Both the position numbers and the translations under genes were made by a program. A DNA stretch of 64,000 nucleotides, taken from contig NC_043003.1 in the NCBI RefSeq assembly GCF_006345805.1, forward strand, positions 9,486,001-9,550,000, written 5' to 3'. Shown here piece by piece: positions 39,200-53,059 of this stretch. Each line of letters begins with the position of its first letter. Position 1 is the stretch's first letter. The notes below the pieces were generated by a model. That model was not told where the DNA came from. It searched no databases and saw nothing but the letters and a program-made list of their open reading frames with translations. This DNA comes from Octopus sinensis. Lineage: Eukaryota.

Positions 39200-39320
39200 T
39201 CTACTAAATCCATTTACAAGAGTTTGGTCGACCCGAGCCTATAGGCTATAGTAGAAGAGATTTGCCCAAGGTGCCACTGAAGTCGGAACTATGTGTATAA
39301 GAAGGAAACTCTTACTACAC
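39200..39320 (-). mobile_element. SINE family A head fragment
   Basis: TTTCTGTCTACTAAATCC..GGCTATAGTAGAAGAGATTTGCCCAAGGTGCCAC. Confidence 0.72.
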
Positions 39321-39735
39321 CCCCCCGAATGTATATATGAAGATGCCTCTTTACAGGTCAAATATGTATCGTATATATTTGAATAGTTTCTTTGTTTTAA
39401 AACATTGCTTCGGACTTCAATCATGTGTTTTGTTCCGTCCTGGTGGCCAAAGCGCGCAATCAGTAAGCAACATCCACTATTTTCTTGTAAGGAGTCTACG
39501 TCTTCCAGTCAGCTGCTTAGTATCTTGTCCCGAAGAATGCAGAACGCTCTAAATGATCCAGTCCGTAGGTAGTATCTGAACTGACTCCGATACTTTTAGC
39601 AGTTTTTGCTTAAAGCTACAATTATTCTCCAAGGCAACACACAACAATGAAAATATCTCTTTACATGTCAAATATGTCCCAGACACATGTATACTTACGT
39701 GAAGGCTATATGTGGATACATAATACATACATACA

Positions 39736-39774
<39 letters not shown>

Positions 39775-39778
<4 letters not shown>

Positions 39779-39913
39779 CGAGTACATGGGTTCGGTTTCC
39801 GGACCGAGCGTTGCGTTGTTCAAATTGTCCTAACCTACAAGTACATCACATTTGTTTGGCAATGCATATGAATGTCTGTTTGAACTTTATTATTATTATT
39901 ATTATTATTATTA

Positions 39914-39968
<55 letters not shown>

Positions 39969-40163
39969 TATATGAGTGCGTGTGTGTGTATCTATCACGC
40001 GAAGTGGATTAACGTATAACTTGTCCATCTACCAAGAGTTTTCAATAATAAAGTTCAAACAGGCATTCATATACATTGCCAAACAAATGTGATGTACTTG
40101 TAGGTTTGGACAATTTGAACAACGCAACGCTCGGTCCGGAAACCGAACCCATGAACTCGCAAT
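39775..40163. repeat. Inverted repeat with about 117-bp arms around an (ATT)n spacer
   Basis: ATTGCGAGTACATGGGTTCGG...CCGAACCCATGAACTCGCAAT; 4 mismatches counted between arms. Confidence 0.92.
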
Positions 40164-40662
40164 CGTATGTATATGTACATATAAGTTATTATGGATACAT
40201 AAATATATGCATGTGTATATGTACCCGTGCATTTGTAACTATAACATACACGCGTATTCATAGTCAACCTAATCTATACCAAGATTAAAAATGTAGGCTT
40301 CACAAAACCTGAAAGAAAATGGTCACTTAGAAGATTACTGCTTCAAAGCAGTGAAGACACTGATAAATATATACAGTTTTCGAATACAGTAACTGTAGGT
40401 AAACATTGACGTGAACGCAGGCAATCAAATGCTTATGCATATATAAGACAAAACATGCAGAACGAAAAGTGCAATGACATTCATACAAGCGCGTGTGCAT
40501 GCAGATACCATAGGTACATGCAAGAATGCTTATATGTATACGTATATACATACATATATACAATTAGAGAATGCAGGGTAATTACTACCAAGCAATACTG
40601 AGGAACAGAAGACGGTGAGCTATATATACACACACACATACATATGTAATATATATGTATAT

Positions 40663-40706
<44 letters not shown>

Positions 40707-40716
40707 CACACACAAT

Positions 40717-40748
<32 letters not shown>

Positions 40749-41324
40749 ATTATATATATATATATATATATCGAGAGAGAGAGAAAGAGTGAGAGTGAGA
40801 GAGACAGAGAGGGAATATATCATACATTCGATCTCATATCTATTCAGAGACCTATTTGCATTAAAAATTTTGCTTTAAAATAACAACTTTGTTATATTCA
40901 AATCGCCCAAAATCTAATATATAAAAGAAAAGCATAAACACACAAAAATGTTTAGTCTTCACTCACTAAGGACTATTTCTAAGAATTGATTTCCGAGATA
41001 GGTTAGTATTTTCACAAAGAACCTCATTCATGGAAATGTCATAATTTGACATAAAGCCGTTCTGTTTTGATTTTGGCGACATCAGTTTAAAGCAGAACCT
41101 CACAAAGTCATCTGTGTGCATTGATATACAGTGGCTTTTGGCAACCACATGTAATAGTGATATATTGATATGAGTTCATGGCCATGTATGAATGTATGTA
41201 TGTATATATAGAGAGAGAGGGAGGGAGAGAGAGAAAGAGAGAGAGAGACACACACACACACATATCATCAGTCAGATAAGACGCACTTATACGTTTATGT
41301 ACGAATCTATCTATCTATCTATCA

Positions 41325-41410
<86 letters not shown>

Positions 41411-41742
41411 ATGTATTTCTTTTGCCCTTGTTTATAAATTATATATATATATATATGATTTATACACATGGGTATAAGAAAAAAATCCTGTTCTCAGCAT
41501 ATTGGCGTAGAATTTTTTTCTTTTGCCCTTGTTTATAAATTGTTTATAATTTTCGCCTTTAAAAGGTATTTTAATATGCTGCCACTTTGATGAAATGTTT
41601 TTGGAAAAAAATTATCCTATATTAGTAGTATATATATATATATATATATATATATCTATATATATATATACATATACATGCACACACACACATATATATA
41701 TGCATGAATGTGCCTGTCTCTTCTTTCTCTCTCTCTCTATCT

Positions 41743-41790
<48 letters not shown>

Positions 41791-42119
41791 AGTTTATCAA
41801 TGTATCTGTCTCTCTCTTCTCTCTATATATATATGTGTCTATACACCCCACGTACACACACACACATTAATATTTTTCAAAAGCAACATACTGACTTTAG
41901 GTCCAAGAGTTTCATGTGTTGCCAATGCCGAAATATGAGGAGTGTGTTCACAACATGAATACTCAGGCAATATTTTGGCAGAAATGGGAATGGTGTGTTC
42001 ATATTGAGATGGCTGTTTTGTGAGAGAATGACCATAAATGTGGCTTGCTTTATTACTGCTTGGATTTACCTTGGATTTTACCTAAGGACATACGGACTAA
42101 CACACTTACCCATGAAAAA

Positions 42120-42410
42120 TGAAGTGTAAATTTTATTTCCTTATTTCCTTACTCTCTACTTTTCAATTTCATTGCTTATTATCTGCGAATTTTCCATGTC
42201 TACATCTTTTATATGTTCTCTACTTCTCTCTGATGACGGAATACCACATATTAAGACATACTCCGCTATCGCTTGGGATATCTCAGAAACAGCTGTAAGA
42301 CGACAGCTAATTCTGAAGTAATCTAGAATGATGTATATGACTTGAGATGCTTGTTGTACCTAGGCGTTTGTTGTCCTCTTTCACAAATATATATGTATAT
42401 CTGCTAAATA
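42120..42410 (+). mobile_element. PLE pseudo-LTR fragment with hammerhead-like motif (42227-42300)
   Basis: UCU-CUGAUGA...GAAAC-AGCU-GUA-AGA, same 3' half as 49033-49078; stem II expanded. Confidence 0.6.
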
Positions 42411-42536
42411 AGAAACGTGAAACAGATCCATAACTCCCGTCTCAGTTATGAGCTTTGAACCCTGATAATCCGTTACAGCACTTACTTAGCGTACCTATTC
42501 GTTTAGATCACCAGTGACCTAAACACCCATATTCTG

Positions 42537-42593
<57 letters not shown>

Positions 42594-42689
42594 ATGTAAG
42601 TATGTATGTATGTATGTATGTATGTATGTATATGGTGATAGTTGTCAGATTCAAACAACTACTCGAACATTAATCGTATCACTTAGTCT

Positions 42690-42935
42690 TTCTTTGTATT
42701 TCGGGCTTTACGCTGGCAAAGCAATCGTATTTCCGTAAAATATACCCTGCCACAAGCCTGACTTTGTTAGCAATGTCTATTGCCATTTTCTCGAACTACA
42801 GTCTCCATATTTCACAGCAGCTTCAGTTAAGGTCCAAATTTTCTTTATTCGACTGTAATATTCGTTAGCGACATCTGTTTTGTTACGGGTGCCATTGTAA
42901 GACACGTTTTCAATCTCCACTAGACCCCTGTAACA
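42690..42935 (-). mobile_element. R4/Dong-type RT fragment, decayed
   Basis: YRGLVEIENVSYNGTRNKTDVANEYYSRIKKIW resembles the YLG..E....K...EY..R..KI thumb region. Confidence 0.5.
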
Positions 42936-43338
42936 TATGTTTCCATGTATGTAGGCAGGCAAGCAGGCAGGCAGGCAGGCATATATAAATTCCCAGTCCA
43001 GATTTTATATACAAGTAACTCAGACATTTATATGGTTATATATAAATATATATATGTATTTTATAATTTATTTGTTTCAGGCTTTCAACTGCTAAAATAG
43101 TGTGCCAGCGCCTTGACGGGTTTTAGTCGAAAAATTTGACCCCAGTACGCATTGCATTTCTAAGTCTGATACTTATAATATCGGCCTGTTTAACCGAATC
43201 CCTAAGTTACGGAAGAATAAACAAGCCAGCACCATTTTACAAGCAGTGAAGAGAAACAAATTGTCAAGGCACACACAAGCACAAAGACACACAAAACAAC
43301 AACAAAGCGCACACACACACCACATATACATACATACA

Positions 43339-43373
<35 letters not shown>

Positions 43374-43599
43374 GTGTATACATAAAAGGAGCAAAAATAC
43401 TGGAGATTCAATATGCGCCACGTGGCAAAATTATGAGTTGAAAATATGTATAAAACATATAAAAAGTGGAAGGGAAATCCCTTCGTTTAATATTTCAATA
43501 TCTTTTTATAAAGAAATCTTTTGAAAATAATACATATTTTATGGAAGTAGTGATATCCAACCGGTTTTCATTATTTAAATTAGCTTTTCAAGGGACATT

Positions 43600-44590
43600 G
43601 CGAAGTAATCAATTTTTGTGACAAAGGGGTCTTGCCATTTTGGATACTTGAAAAATAAGAATGAGTCTAGAGAGTGGAAAAAGGGAGACAACAGGTGAAA
43701 AGGGGGACAACTAACTCTTCAGTATATTTTTTGAAGTAGTCAAGTTTGTATATTAAGGTGTGGCCTGTACTTTTGTATGAACAGGTTTAAGCATTCTTGT
43801 AAGGAGATTGAATCTTTGCATTGGTATAATGGAAAGATATGGAAATTCGGCGTTTTATTTTTTGCGCATCTGTCGATATGTTCGCTCAGGTCTATCTGGC
43901 TGTATTGAGGAAAACGAATCTGTTCTTTATGCAGCGTGACTCTGCGTTTCAAAGTAAGGCTCGTTTGGCCCACATAATAGTGGCCACAACCTGAGCAGGA
44001 TAGGGCATAGATAAGGTTCTGGGAAGCACATGTGAAGTTAGTCTTAATTGAGAATCTTTCTCCTTGCTGGAATGTGAATTCCGAACCTTCAGTTAATTAT
44101 GGACATGTGTCACAATTAGATCGTCTGCATTATTTAACTGTTGGCATCGTATGTATTGAGTATAGTTTTGCATTTGTTTGGAGTCTCTTGAGTAATTTGT
44201 GTTGTCTTTTGATTTTGAGGAGTTTATGTGTATTTAGGATGTTGTTAATTTTCGAGTCTTGAGTGAGCAGAGAGAGATTTTGTATTACTGTGTTGTATGC
44301 TTCATTGTTTCTGGGGTTATTGGTTGATATGTATGGGAGTAATTTAAAGTGAGGTGTGGTGTTTCGTTTTGTTGTGGTTAGTGTGTTTGTGTCCACTTTC
44401 TTGGCACGTTTAATGACATAGTCTATAAGTGCAGGGCAGGTATTGACATTCAATGAGTGTTATTTTGAGGTCATATACGCGAAGTCCACGAGTGGTTGTG
44501 TTTCTTTATAAAAATATATTAAACTATGTGAAACGAAGGCATTTCTCTTCCAGTTTCTTATACACGTTCTCCACATATTTTCAACCTATA
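43600..44590 (-). mobile_element. Second Penelope-like element fragment (thumb, linker, GIY-YIG), decayed
   Basis: K*CRRSNCDTCP* linker; FTCASQNLIYALSCSGCGHYYVGQTSLTLKRRVTLHKEQIR; several stops. Confidence 0.85.
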
Positions 44591-44612
44591 TATATATTTA
44601 TACACGCACACG

Positions 44613-44676
<64 letters not shown>

Positions 44677-44835
44677 TATATATACATTTATATACATATA
44701 TATACATATATATACATACATATATATACATATATATACATATATATATATAATATATATATATATATACATACATATATATATATTTATATATATATAT
44801 ATTTATATATATATATATTTACATATATATATATT

Positions 44836-44895
<60 letters not shown>
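44590..44895. repeat. (TA)n microsatellite
   Basis: Read directly. Confidence 0.97.
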
Positions 44896-45075
44896 CGAGC
44901 TTCTTTCAGTTTCTGTCTCTCAAATATACTCGCAAGACTTTCGTCGACCCGGTAATAGCAGAAGACGCTTGCAAACTGATTGAACCAAGAACAATGTGGT
45001 TGCGTAGCAAACTTCTTAACACACAGCCACACCTACGCTTCCATACAGCCACGCCTGCGCCTCCACTCGGCCACG
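44895..45075 (-). mobile_element. SINE family A head fragment
   Basis: GACGAGCTTCTTTCAGTTTCTGTCT..CACACAGCCAC..CACGCCTGCGCC. Confidence 0.75.
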
Positions 45076-46137
45076 CCTATATATATATATATATAATATA
45101 TATATTATATATATATATATAATATATATATATATATGTATACACATACATATACATGGAATATATGTATATATATACAACATGCATATGAATATGTATT
45201 TTCTGTCCTAAATGAATTGTTAAACGCATTCATTGCCTCCTCCAAGTTTACTGTTTAAATAGTTGCTATAAGCATGAGGAAAAGTTTCTAAATATACTAA
45301 AAGCCCATGACTTGTTAAACTAGTACATAAAATTTGCACTTATTGTAAATAGTGCTCGCCCTCTCGACGTTGTTGTCATTGTTAGTTTTACTGTAGTAGA
45401 GTTTGGCTGTATCTTGTGTTTTAAACTTTTTAATTGTGAGTCATGATGGTGTTTTAATTGTATATTATTATATATTCTGTTACTTTCATGAAATCTTCTA
45501 TGACTCTATATGAATGATAGGTATTACAAATATCTAGATAAATGTAAGCATTTATGCTTATGTCATCATTCACGCTTATGTGTATATATCCATGTAATAT
45601 TTATGCTTAGACAGTTTACAAAAACAAAATCTTCAGACTGTAAGTAGTTAACAGATTTTCACCGCACATTGCTTGGGAAGGTATGTACCTCAGTAATATG
45701 TTATTTGAAATCTGGTGTCACTAAATTATCACTTTCTTAGATACTCGTGCTGTAGAACTCGCTCTTTTTTCTTTTGTTGATCTCTGTCGTTACTCTGATG
45801 AACACCCATGTCATCATAATTCCTTTTCACTATCGTATGGTTAACCCCTTTTTGAACACCATCCTTATTTTCATCTCAATATTCAACACCGTCAAATCCT
45901 TCCTCCTCTTCCTCCTCCTCATCATCATCTACAATAACAGCAGTCCTTTAAACATCGTTAAAATTTACTTGTGTCTTTTCATTGTCTCTCCTTCCGATAC
46001 TATTTCCTTACACATACTATTCTGTTGACGTCACCACAAGTTTTACAAGCAGCAAGAGCAATGCTGCCGAGAAACTGTATAACGCCTTTTCTTAATACTC
46101 AACTATAACTATTTCTCTCAACTATAACTATTTATGC

Positions 46138-46325
46138 TTAGCGGTATTTCGTCTGTCGTTACGTTCTGAGTTCAAATTCCGCCGAGGTTGACATTGCCTT
46201 TCATCCTTTCGGGGTCGATAAATAAAGTACCAGTTTCGCACCGGGGTCGATGTAATTGACTTAATCCGTTTGTCTGTCCTTGTTTATCCCCTTTATGTTT
46301 AGCCCCTTGTGGGCAGTAAAGAAAT
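46138..46325 (+). mobile_element. SINE family B, 5'-truncated
   Basis: B-box, core and tail nearly identical to 4500-4734. Confidence 0.88.
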
Positions 46326-46460
46326 ATATAACTATTTCTCTCGAAATATTGTTGTTGCTGCTGAGTTGTTACTTCTGTATGTTTCACTATATGTGAGTAT
46401 TTTAAGTCGTGGCATAAATAGCAGGATTTCTAATATTATTAATAATTATGGTGACTATTT

Positions 46461-46678
46461 AATACTAATTTGAAATTTTAACACAAGGCCAGCAATTTAA
46501 GTGAAGTGGTAAATCTATTAAATCGATCTCAGTGTTTAACTGGTGCTCATTTTATCAACCCTGAAGAATGAAAGGCAAAGTCGTCCTCGGGGGAATTTGA
46601 ACTCAGATCGCAACGACGGACGAAATGCCGCCAAGTGTTTCGCTCGGCACACTGATGATTCTGCTAGCTCACCGCCTT
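46461..46678 (-). mobile_element. SINE family B
   Basis: Reverse-complement core and head (CTAGCTCACCGCCTT). Confidence 0.82.
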
Positions 46679-46734
46679 GTGACTATTTACTATTAACCTC
46701 TTTAGTTCATTGAAAATATCTTAGATAGTAGGAT

Positions 46735-47080
46735 ACCAGCCGTCGTAGCATGGTAAGAATTTTGCTTCCCAACCACATAGTTCCGGGTTCAGTTCCACTG
46801 CGTAGTACATTCAGCCTTGTGAGTGGATTTGGTAGGCGGAAACTGAAAGAAAATTATCACTATATATATATATGTAAGTGTGTGTGAGTGTATCTTTGGC
46901 TCTGTGTTAGTTGCTCACCAGTACTTGAAGAAACGGTGCTGGTGTAGTCACTTTCCCGTAACTTTGCGATTCAGCAAAATAACATTAAATTCTTGGGTCA
47001 ATCTATTCGACTAAAATTCTTCAAGGCAGTTTCCCAGCATGGCCGCAGTCTAAAGACTGTAACAAGTAAAAGATAAGATA
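46735..47080 (+). mobile_element. SINE family A, diverged
   Basis: CTTCCCAACCACATAGTTCCGGGTTCAG head; CCCAGCATGGCCGCAGTC tail. Confidence 0.8.
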
Positions 47081-47630
47081 CCAAACATAGAGTAAATAGT
47101 GATGAACTTGTTTATCCACCGAAAAAATTAACCCCATTATTATTATTCAACGAAGCCGAAAAAATATGTTACTCAAATGTAATAACATGCATTCTATAAA
47201 CCATGGAACTTTCCTACTAAAGATGTCTTTCTATTTTATACACAAATTAGAAAGTGTTTCCATTAAGAATATATTCACATTTAAATTATTAATTTTGTTT
47301 TACGTTTCTTTTTAATGGTTGCTCTAGTCATTACCATTATATCATTTATGAATATTACTGATATCTTTATTTTTACCATTCAAAAAGTCGATAGTAATTT
47401 ACTAATGTTAGTTATTTATGTAGTAGCTACTGATAGTGATGTTGCTACTGCTATTACGGTTTAAGCTTAGATTTTTATCACTTAACAAGAGAAATTTTTT
47501 CAGCGAAATGTGTTATTTGTTGCGCATCTTGATGCTTCCAGTTTACGTAGATTTGAGAGCATATGTGGTAAAAGTTTCTAGGTGCGACTGCTAGCAATTA
47601 GCTATCACTGAAGGCTCTTAGAGAAAATAA

Positions 47631-47847
47631 ATATTGGTTTCAAAGTTTGGCACAAGGACAGTAATTTGGGTGAAGGGTATAAATCAATTATTTCAATCCC
47701 AGGACTCAGCTGGTACTTATTTTGTCGATCCCGAGAGGATGAAAGGCAAATTCGACCACTGTGGAATTTGAACTCAGAGCGTGTAGAAGGACGCAATACT
47801 GCTAAGCATTTTGCCCGGCGCAGTAATGATTCGGCCAGCTCGCTGCC
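47631..47847 (-). mobile_element. SINE family B
   Basis: Reverse-complement core and head. Confidence 0.8.
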
Positions 47848-47963
47848 ATAGTTGCAATTAATATGATAATTCATCAAATATATACAGGAAAAGTGTATCC
47901 CACATTACAGTATGCACGAACTCTGGACAATCATTAGTTATTATCCATTATTTTAGCATCGGT

Positions 47964-48325
47964 GGAGGCGCAATGGCCCAGTGGTTAGGGCAGCGGACTC
48001 GCGGTCGTAGGATCGCGGTTTCGATTCCCAGACCGGGCGTTGTGAGTGTTTATTGAGCGAAATCACCTAAAGCTCCACGAGACTCCGGTAGGGATGGTAG
48101 TGATCCCTGCTGTACTCTTTCACCACAACTTTCTCTCACTCTTACTTCCTGTTTCTGTTGTACCTGTATTTCAAAGGGCCGGCCTTGTCACTCTCTGTGT
48201 CACGCTGAATATCCCCGAGAACTACGTTAAGGGTACACGTGTCTGTGGAGTGCTCAGCCACTTACACGTTAATTTCACGAGCAGGCTGTTCCGTTGATTG
48301 GATCAACCGGAACCCTCGTCGTCGT
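47964..48325 (+). mobile_element. SINE family C, young, last about 20 nt missing
   Basis: Near-identical to 24646-25035 and 51848-52228. Confidence 0.92.
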
Positions 48326-48819
48326 CTTTGATCGTATCGCTTCTAGAGGAAAATTTTCTTTGAGGTTAACGTTGTTCGTCATAATAACCATGTATAGAGT
48401 GGAATGCTCCTATCGGTTATTTTGCGTATTAGCAGAAGGCAAATACAGAAGATTTTTGTGCTTTCATAGTACTGAGCGCAGTTTCATCTTTATTAGAAAT
48501 ATTTACAATGGCGGGGTTACACCTTTATAATTTTGATTGAAAACTTCCTTAATTGACACTCTTGGCAGTTGATATTTCCCTGCCGAGCCAAGCAGTAGAC
48601 GGTTAATATTTATTGTTAGCAAACTTCGTGTAGTTGATATGTGTTATGTTGTTTACACTCTCACCTCTTTATGCTCTCATCTCTTCCTCTTTCTTTGTCA
48701 CCCTCACATTTCCCTTCCTTTTTCTCTTTCTTCCTTTTTTTCCCTCTTCCTTTTTTTCAGTCTTCCTTCTTTTTCTCTCTTCCTGTTTTTAATTTGACCA
48801 TACAAACACATTCCCAACT

Positions 48820-49110
48820 TTACAAGACTGTATGCTTGGAATGACCAATTATAAACACCATTGGAACTCACACACAAGGTAGAGGAAACTTATATATGCA
48901 CCATTCTGTTTAAATAATGGAACTGCAGATACAATATCCTTACGTATCTCACGTCTGTTTTCATTCCTCCACTTCACTCTGTATTTCATATCTTCTCTAT
49001 AATAACTATTACTTAAACATTTCCTCGCACCTCCTCTGATGAAGGGATATATAAAATATCCCGGAAACAGCTGTAAGAACTTCTCTTTATAAATGTTCTG
49101 AAATCTTTCA
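48820..49110 (+). mobile_element. PLE 3' end fragment with hammerhead
   Basis: Pyrimidine-rich terminal repeat followed by a hammerhead motif. Confidence 0.6.
49033..49078 (+). ncRNA. Type-I hammerhead ribozyme motif
   Basis: CUGAUGA-A-GGGAUAU-AUAAA-AUAUCCC-G-GAAAC-AGCU-GUA-AG; 7-bp stem II, palindromic AGCU loop, GUA triplet. Confidence 0.7.
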
Positions 49111-49164
49111 TAGTCATGGATTTTTTAATCTCATTCTGTTACTTTTTATACACACACACACACG

Positions 49165-49264
<100 letters not shown>

Positions 49265-49314
49265 ACACACACACACATATATATATTCGCCATGCTGGAC
49301 CACTGAAATCTATA

Positions 49315-49450
49315 AGTTTTCTTCACTATCGCTTTGTTTATTTTCTCTTATTCCTTTCTGTTGAAGAGTGTAGGCTCCATAGGTAAAATACTTTTTCATT
49401 TTCCCCATCGTCAAACTAATACACGTTTGTTTTTTCTATAAATTTCAACT
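49315..49450 (+). mobile_element. PLE pseudo-LTR relic of the same family as 15611-15800, hammerhead destroyed
   Basis: TTTCTGTTGAAGAGTGTAGGCTC retained but GAAAC lost. Confidence 0.55.
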
Positions 49451-50048
49451 ATATATATATACACACACACGTAAGGATACATTCTTACTTTAAAAAAAGA
49501 TACGTATAATCAAAAGCGCTCTTCAATAAATCATACACCATACAGGAAAATATTATTATGTTATTAAATGTTATTAAATGATTTTCATATGAAAATCATT
49601 TTACAGTTCTGATATTCATTTTCGTAATGCTCTGGAAGCAACGCTTACTACGTGGCATAGTAAACTTTTCTCATATGTACATTTATCTGTGTCTATACAC
49701 GCATAAGTATGCGCGCACACACACACTCACACACACACACTCACACATATGTATGTGCCGGCTTGACTGAGTGGTAAGTGAGCTGTTTCTCAAACACATA
49801 TTTGCGGATTAAGTCCCACTGCGTGGCACTGTGGATATGTATCTTATTATCGCCTCAAGCCGATTAAAGCCTTCTGCTTGTATGTATGAATGCATGTGTG
49901 TATGTATATATTCCTTGTATATGTTTAGGTGTTAGATAGTATCAAGTTTGAATTTTGCTGTAATTTGAATTAGTTATGGAAGCTAAATTAATGCCCCACT
50001 CTTTTAAAAGTGTGTTTGTCTATTCACAACAATATATCTGCATATATA

Positions 50049-50086
<38 letters not shown>

Positions 50087-50089
<3 letters not shown>

Positions 50090-50560
50090 CGTAGGAGTGG
50101 CTGTGTGGTAAGTAGCTTGCTTACCAACCACATAACACCTTGGGCAAGGGTCTTCTACTATAGCCTCGTGTCGACCAAAGCCTTGTGAGTGCATTTGGTA
50201 GAAGGAAACTGAAAGAAGCCCGTCGTATATATGTATGTATATATATATATATATCTTTACGCTTTACTCTTTTACTTGCTTCATTCATTTGACTGTGGTC
50301 ATGCTGGAGCACCACCTTTAGTCGAGCAACTCGACCCCAGGACTTATTCTTTGTAAGTCTAGTCAAGCGATGTTGGGGGAACAAACATACACGCACATAC
50401 ATACATATATGTACGACGGGCTTCTTTCAGTTTCTGTCTACCAAATCCACTAACAAGGCTTTGGTCGGCCGGAGACTATATTAGAAGACAATCGCCCAAT
50501 GGGTCACGCAGTGGAACTGAACCAGGAAACATGTGGTTCGTAAGCAAGCCACTTACCACA
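50087..50560. mobile_element. Inverted pair of SINE family A pieces (+ head 50087-50240; - copy about 50255-50560)
   Basis: Head and body at 50090-50225 are complementary to 50415-50560. Confidence 0.85.
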
Positions 50561-51847
50561 TAACCATATATATATATATATATATATATGCATATAAACT
50601 TGTAGTGGCAACTTTTATAAGCGAGAGTAATAAAAAAAAAAGAATAATACAATAAACCTTTGCGAAGCTATTATTTTTACCTATCATGAAATCCACTCAT
50701 ACTTTATAAATGCTTTTGAAATGCACTCTCATTGTATAAATACAATACTTTAATAATATTTTAAAATATTTCATTACACGAATTTCTTTCCCTTTTGTTC
50801 GCTTCTTTGGCAACAACCCAACTTCCCTATTATTCCAAATAACCTTTTACTGTTTTATGGAATAAATTTATGCTAAGAACCATTTTGGATAAACTTCAAA
50901 CCATCGTTTTTATTCATATATTATTTTCTTTTACATTTTTTCTCTATGTTTCGCCATAATTTCAACCACGAATAAGAACGAGAAATAGAGTTTTATCTCC
51001 TGCTAAAATGATCATGTAACCTAGTAAAATTTGTTTCACTCAGAACGGTACAATCGATAACAGTAGTATTTCGAATTTGTTTGCACAACTGATATGAGAC
51101 CAACAATTCCCGCGGTTGAATATTTCGTCTGTGACATAGTTTCTAAGGACACTTTTACTACTGAGATCTGAGTCCTGAGTTTAGCTGCAGCTTAAATATT
51201 TCATGGAAGTTAGCTACTGTTAGGTATCTTAAGAGAAAAGTAACCTTATTGAATACAAACACATATCACTAATAATCAACATACTCGACGTAGTTGTGAC
51301 TGGTACATCAAGTTTAAAAAATGTTCCTATCTCTCAAAAAACTAACAGTTTACGTAGTCTTCTTCATATATAATGCAAATTAATGCAATCGCTTAAGGAT
51401 ACCAGATCCGAAGTAAAGTATTAAAAAATGCCTGCACAATTCATTTCTTGTTCGCGTTTATTTTAGATTCAATAAAGGGGTTCATTCTTAGATTATCAGA
51501 TGGTTAAATGATTTAATATAGTCAATGCGACATCTGGATTTGAGTTTTTTAGGAGAATTTTCATAATACTGGAAACATTAGGATGATGAACTACTTCCAT
51601 GATTGACACCAGGTTGATGTTTCATTAACAAACTACTTGAGTTCAATATTTATTTTATATTGCACCTTTTATATGTTCAGGGCATATATCTTCATTTTGT
51701 GTTTTCTTAGAGATATTCACATAACACCGTAATACTAAATTGTTTACATTTACATTCATGTAGGATACCCTAGCAGCTTTTCTGCTGTTTTACATTTTGT
51801 TACATTCAAGTCATATTCTCTATGCGTTAAAGTATATGAGTAATACT

Positions 51848-52228
51848 GGAGGCGCAATGGCCCAGTGGTTAGGGCAGCGGACTCGCGGTCGTAGGATCAC
51901 GGTTTTGATTCCCAGACCGGGCGTTGTGAGTGTTTATTGAGCGAAATCACCTAAAGCTCCACGAGGCTCCGGAAGGGGATGGTGGTGATCCCTGCTGTAC
52001 TCTTTCACCACAACTTTCTCTCACTCTTACTTCCTGTTTCTGTTGTACCTGTATTTCAAAGGGCCGGCCTTGTCACTCTCTGTGTCACGCTGAATATCCC
52101 CGAGAACTACGTTAAGGGTACACGTGTCTGTGGAGTGCTCAGCCACTCACACGTTAATTTCACGAGCAGGCTTTTCCGTTGATCGGATCAACCGGAACCC
52201 TCGTCGTCGTAACCGACGGAGTGCTTCA
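51848..52228 (+). mobile_element. SINE family C, full-length, young
   Basis: 12-bp TSD ATGAGTAATACT at 51836-51847 and 52229-52240. Confidence 0.94.
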
Positions 52229-53059
52229 ATGAGTAATACTATGCAATATAAATAATAGAGTTTCCTTATGGTATATTGAAGATTCATATGTTATTGTTTC
52301 ACTGTGTGTCGTAATTTCATTATTGACAGTTTCTGTAATATATTTCGTCATAGATGCCAAGATGTCATCTATGGTCTAATGCCAGTCTGATATTTAACCT
52401 TGTTTTACATTATACAGTTGTTAATGGATGCTATAATATATGAAGTACAAGTTACTGCTCAGCTTACATCTGATGTTGATTTGTTGCTGATTAGCTAACG
52501 TGTCAAGTCACGTGCATCACATATATTTTAGAAACATATCTTATTTCAACTTTTTAAGATTTTCTGGTCAATAATACACATCCAGCTTTGTGTGTACGTG
52601 TGCGTGTGTGTCTGTGTGTGTGTGGGAGTGGTAAGATGCGAATTGATAAGTATTTAGTAAATGACCAATAATAAATATTACCTAAATCAATGGTTAATAA
52701 TAATAATAAAAAACATTGTTTTTCACCATTATCATATGCCTGGTAGTTTCCTTTCTCGATACTCTCAGTTCGGAGTATTTGCGATGAGATTAGTTACCAA
52801 TTATTTTATTGAACTACAACCTGTTCTTTATCATACTGAACCTATATTTAATTATACTTCTCGCTGGATTTACACTTCAACAATATAATCGCTGATCTTA
52901 AAAGTATCAATGCTCATAGAATGGAAATAGATGTTTCAACATCTTAAAAATAAACAAACGTATAAAAGAAATGTGTATCAAATCATTACAACTGCTGGTG
53001 ATATGGCTGCTGCTAGGGTAAACAGCGTGACAAAAGTATATAATTAAAAAAAAAATAGT

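Noticed and set aside
44100-44140. In-frame stop beside the PLE linker cysteines, suggesting a selenoprotein PLE
   Set aside because: The stops are TAA rather than TGA, are not at Cys positions, and the copy is generally decayed; the intact PLE uses normal Cys codons
45615-45686. GTAAGT and AAG|GTATGT donors suggesting 3-nt and 26-nt exons
   Set aside because: Acceptors lack pyrimidine tracts and all frames spanning both sites contain stops; too likely to be chance
47964-48040. tRNA-Arg-like sequence
   Set aside because: It is the head of a multi-copy SINE with TSDs and lacks a paired acceptor stem; not a tRNA gene
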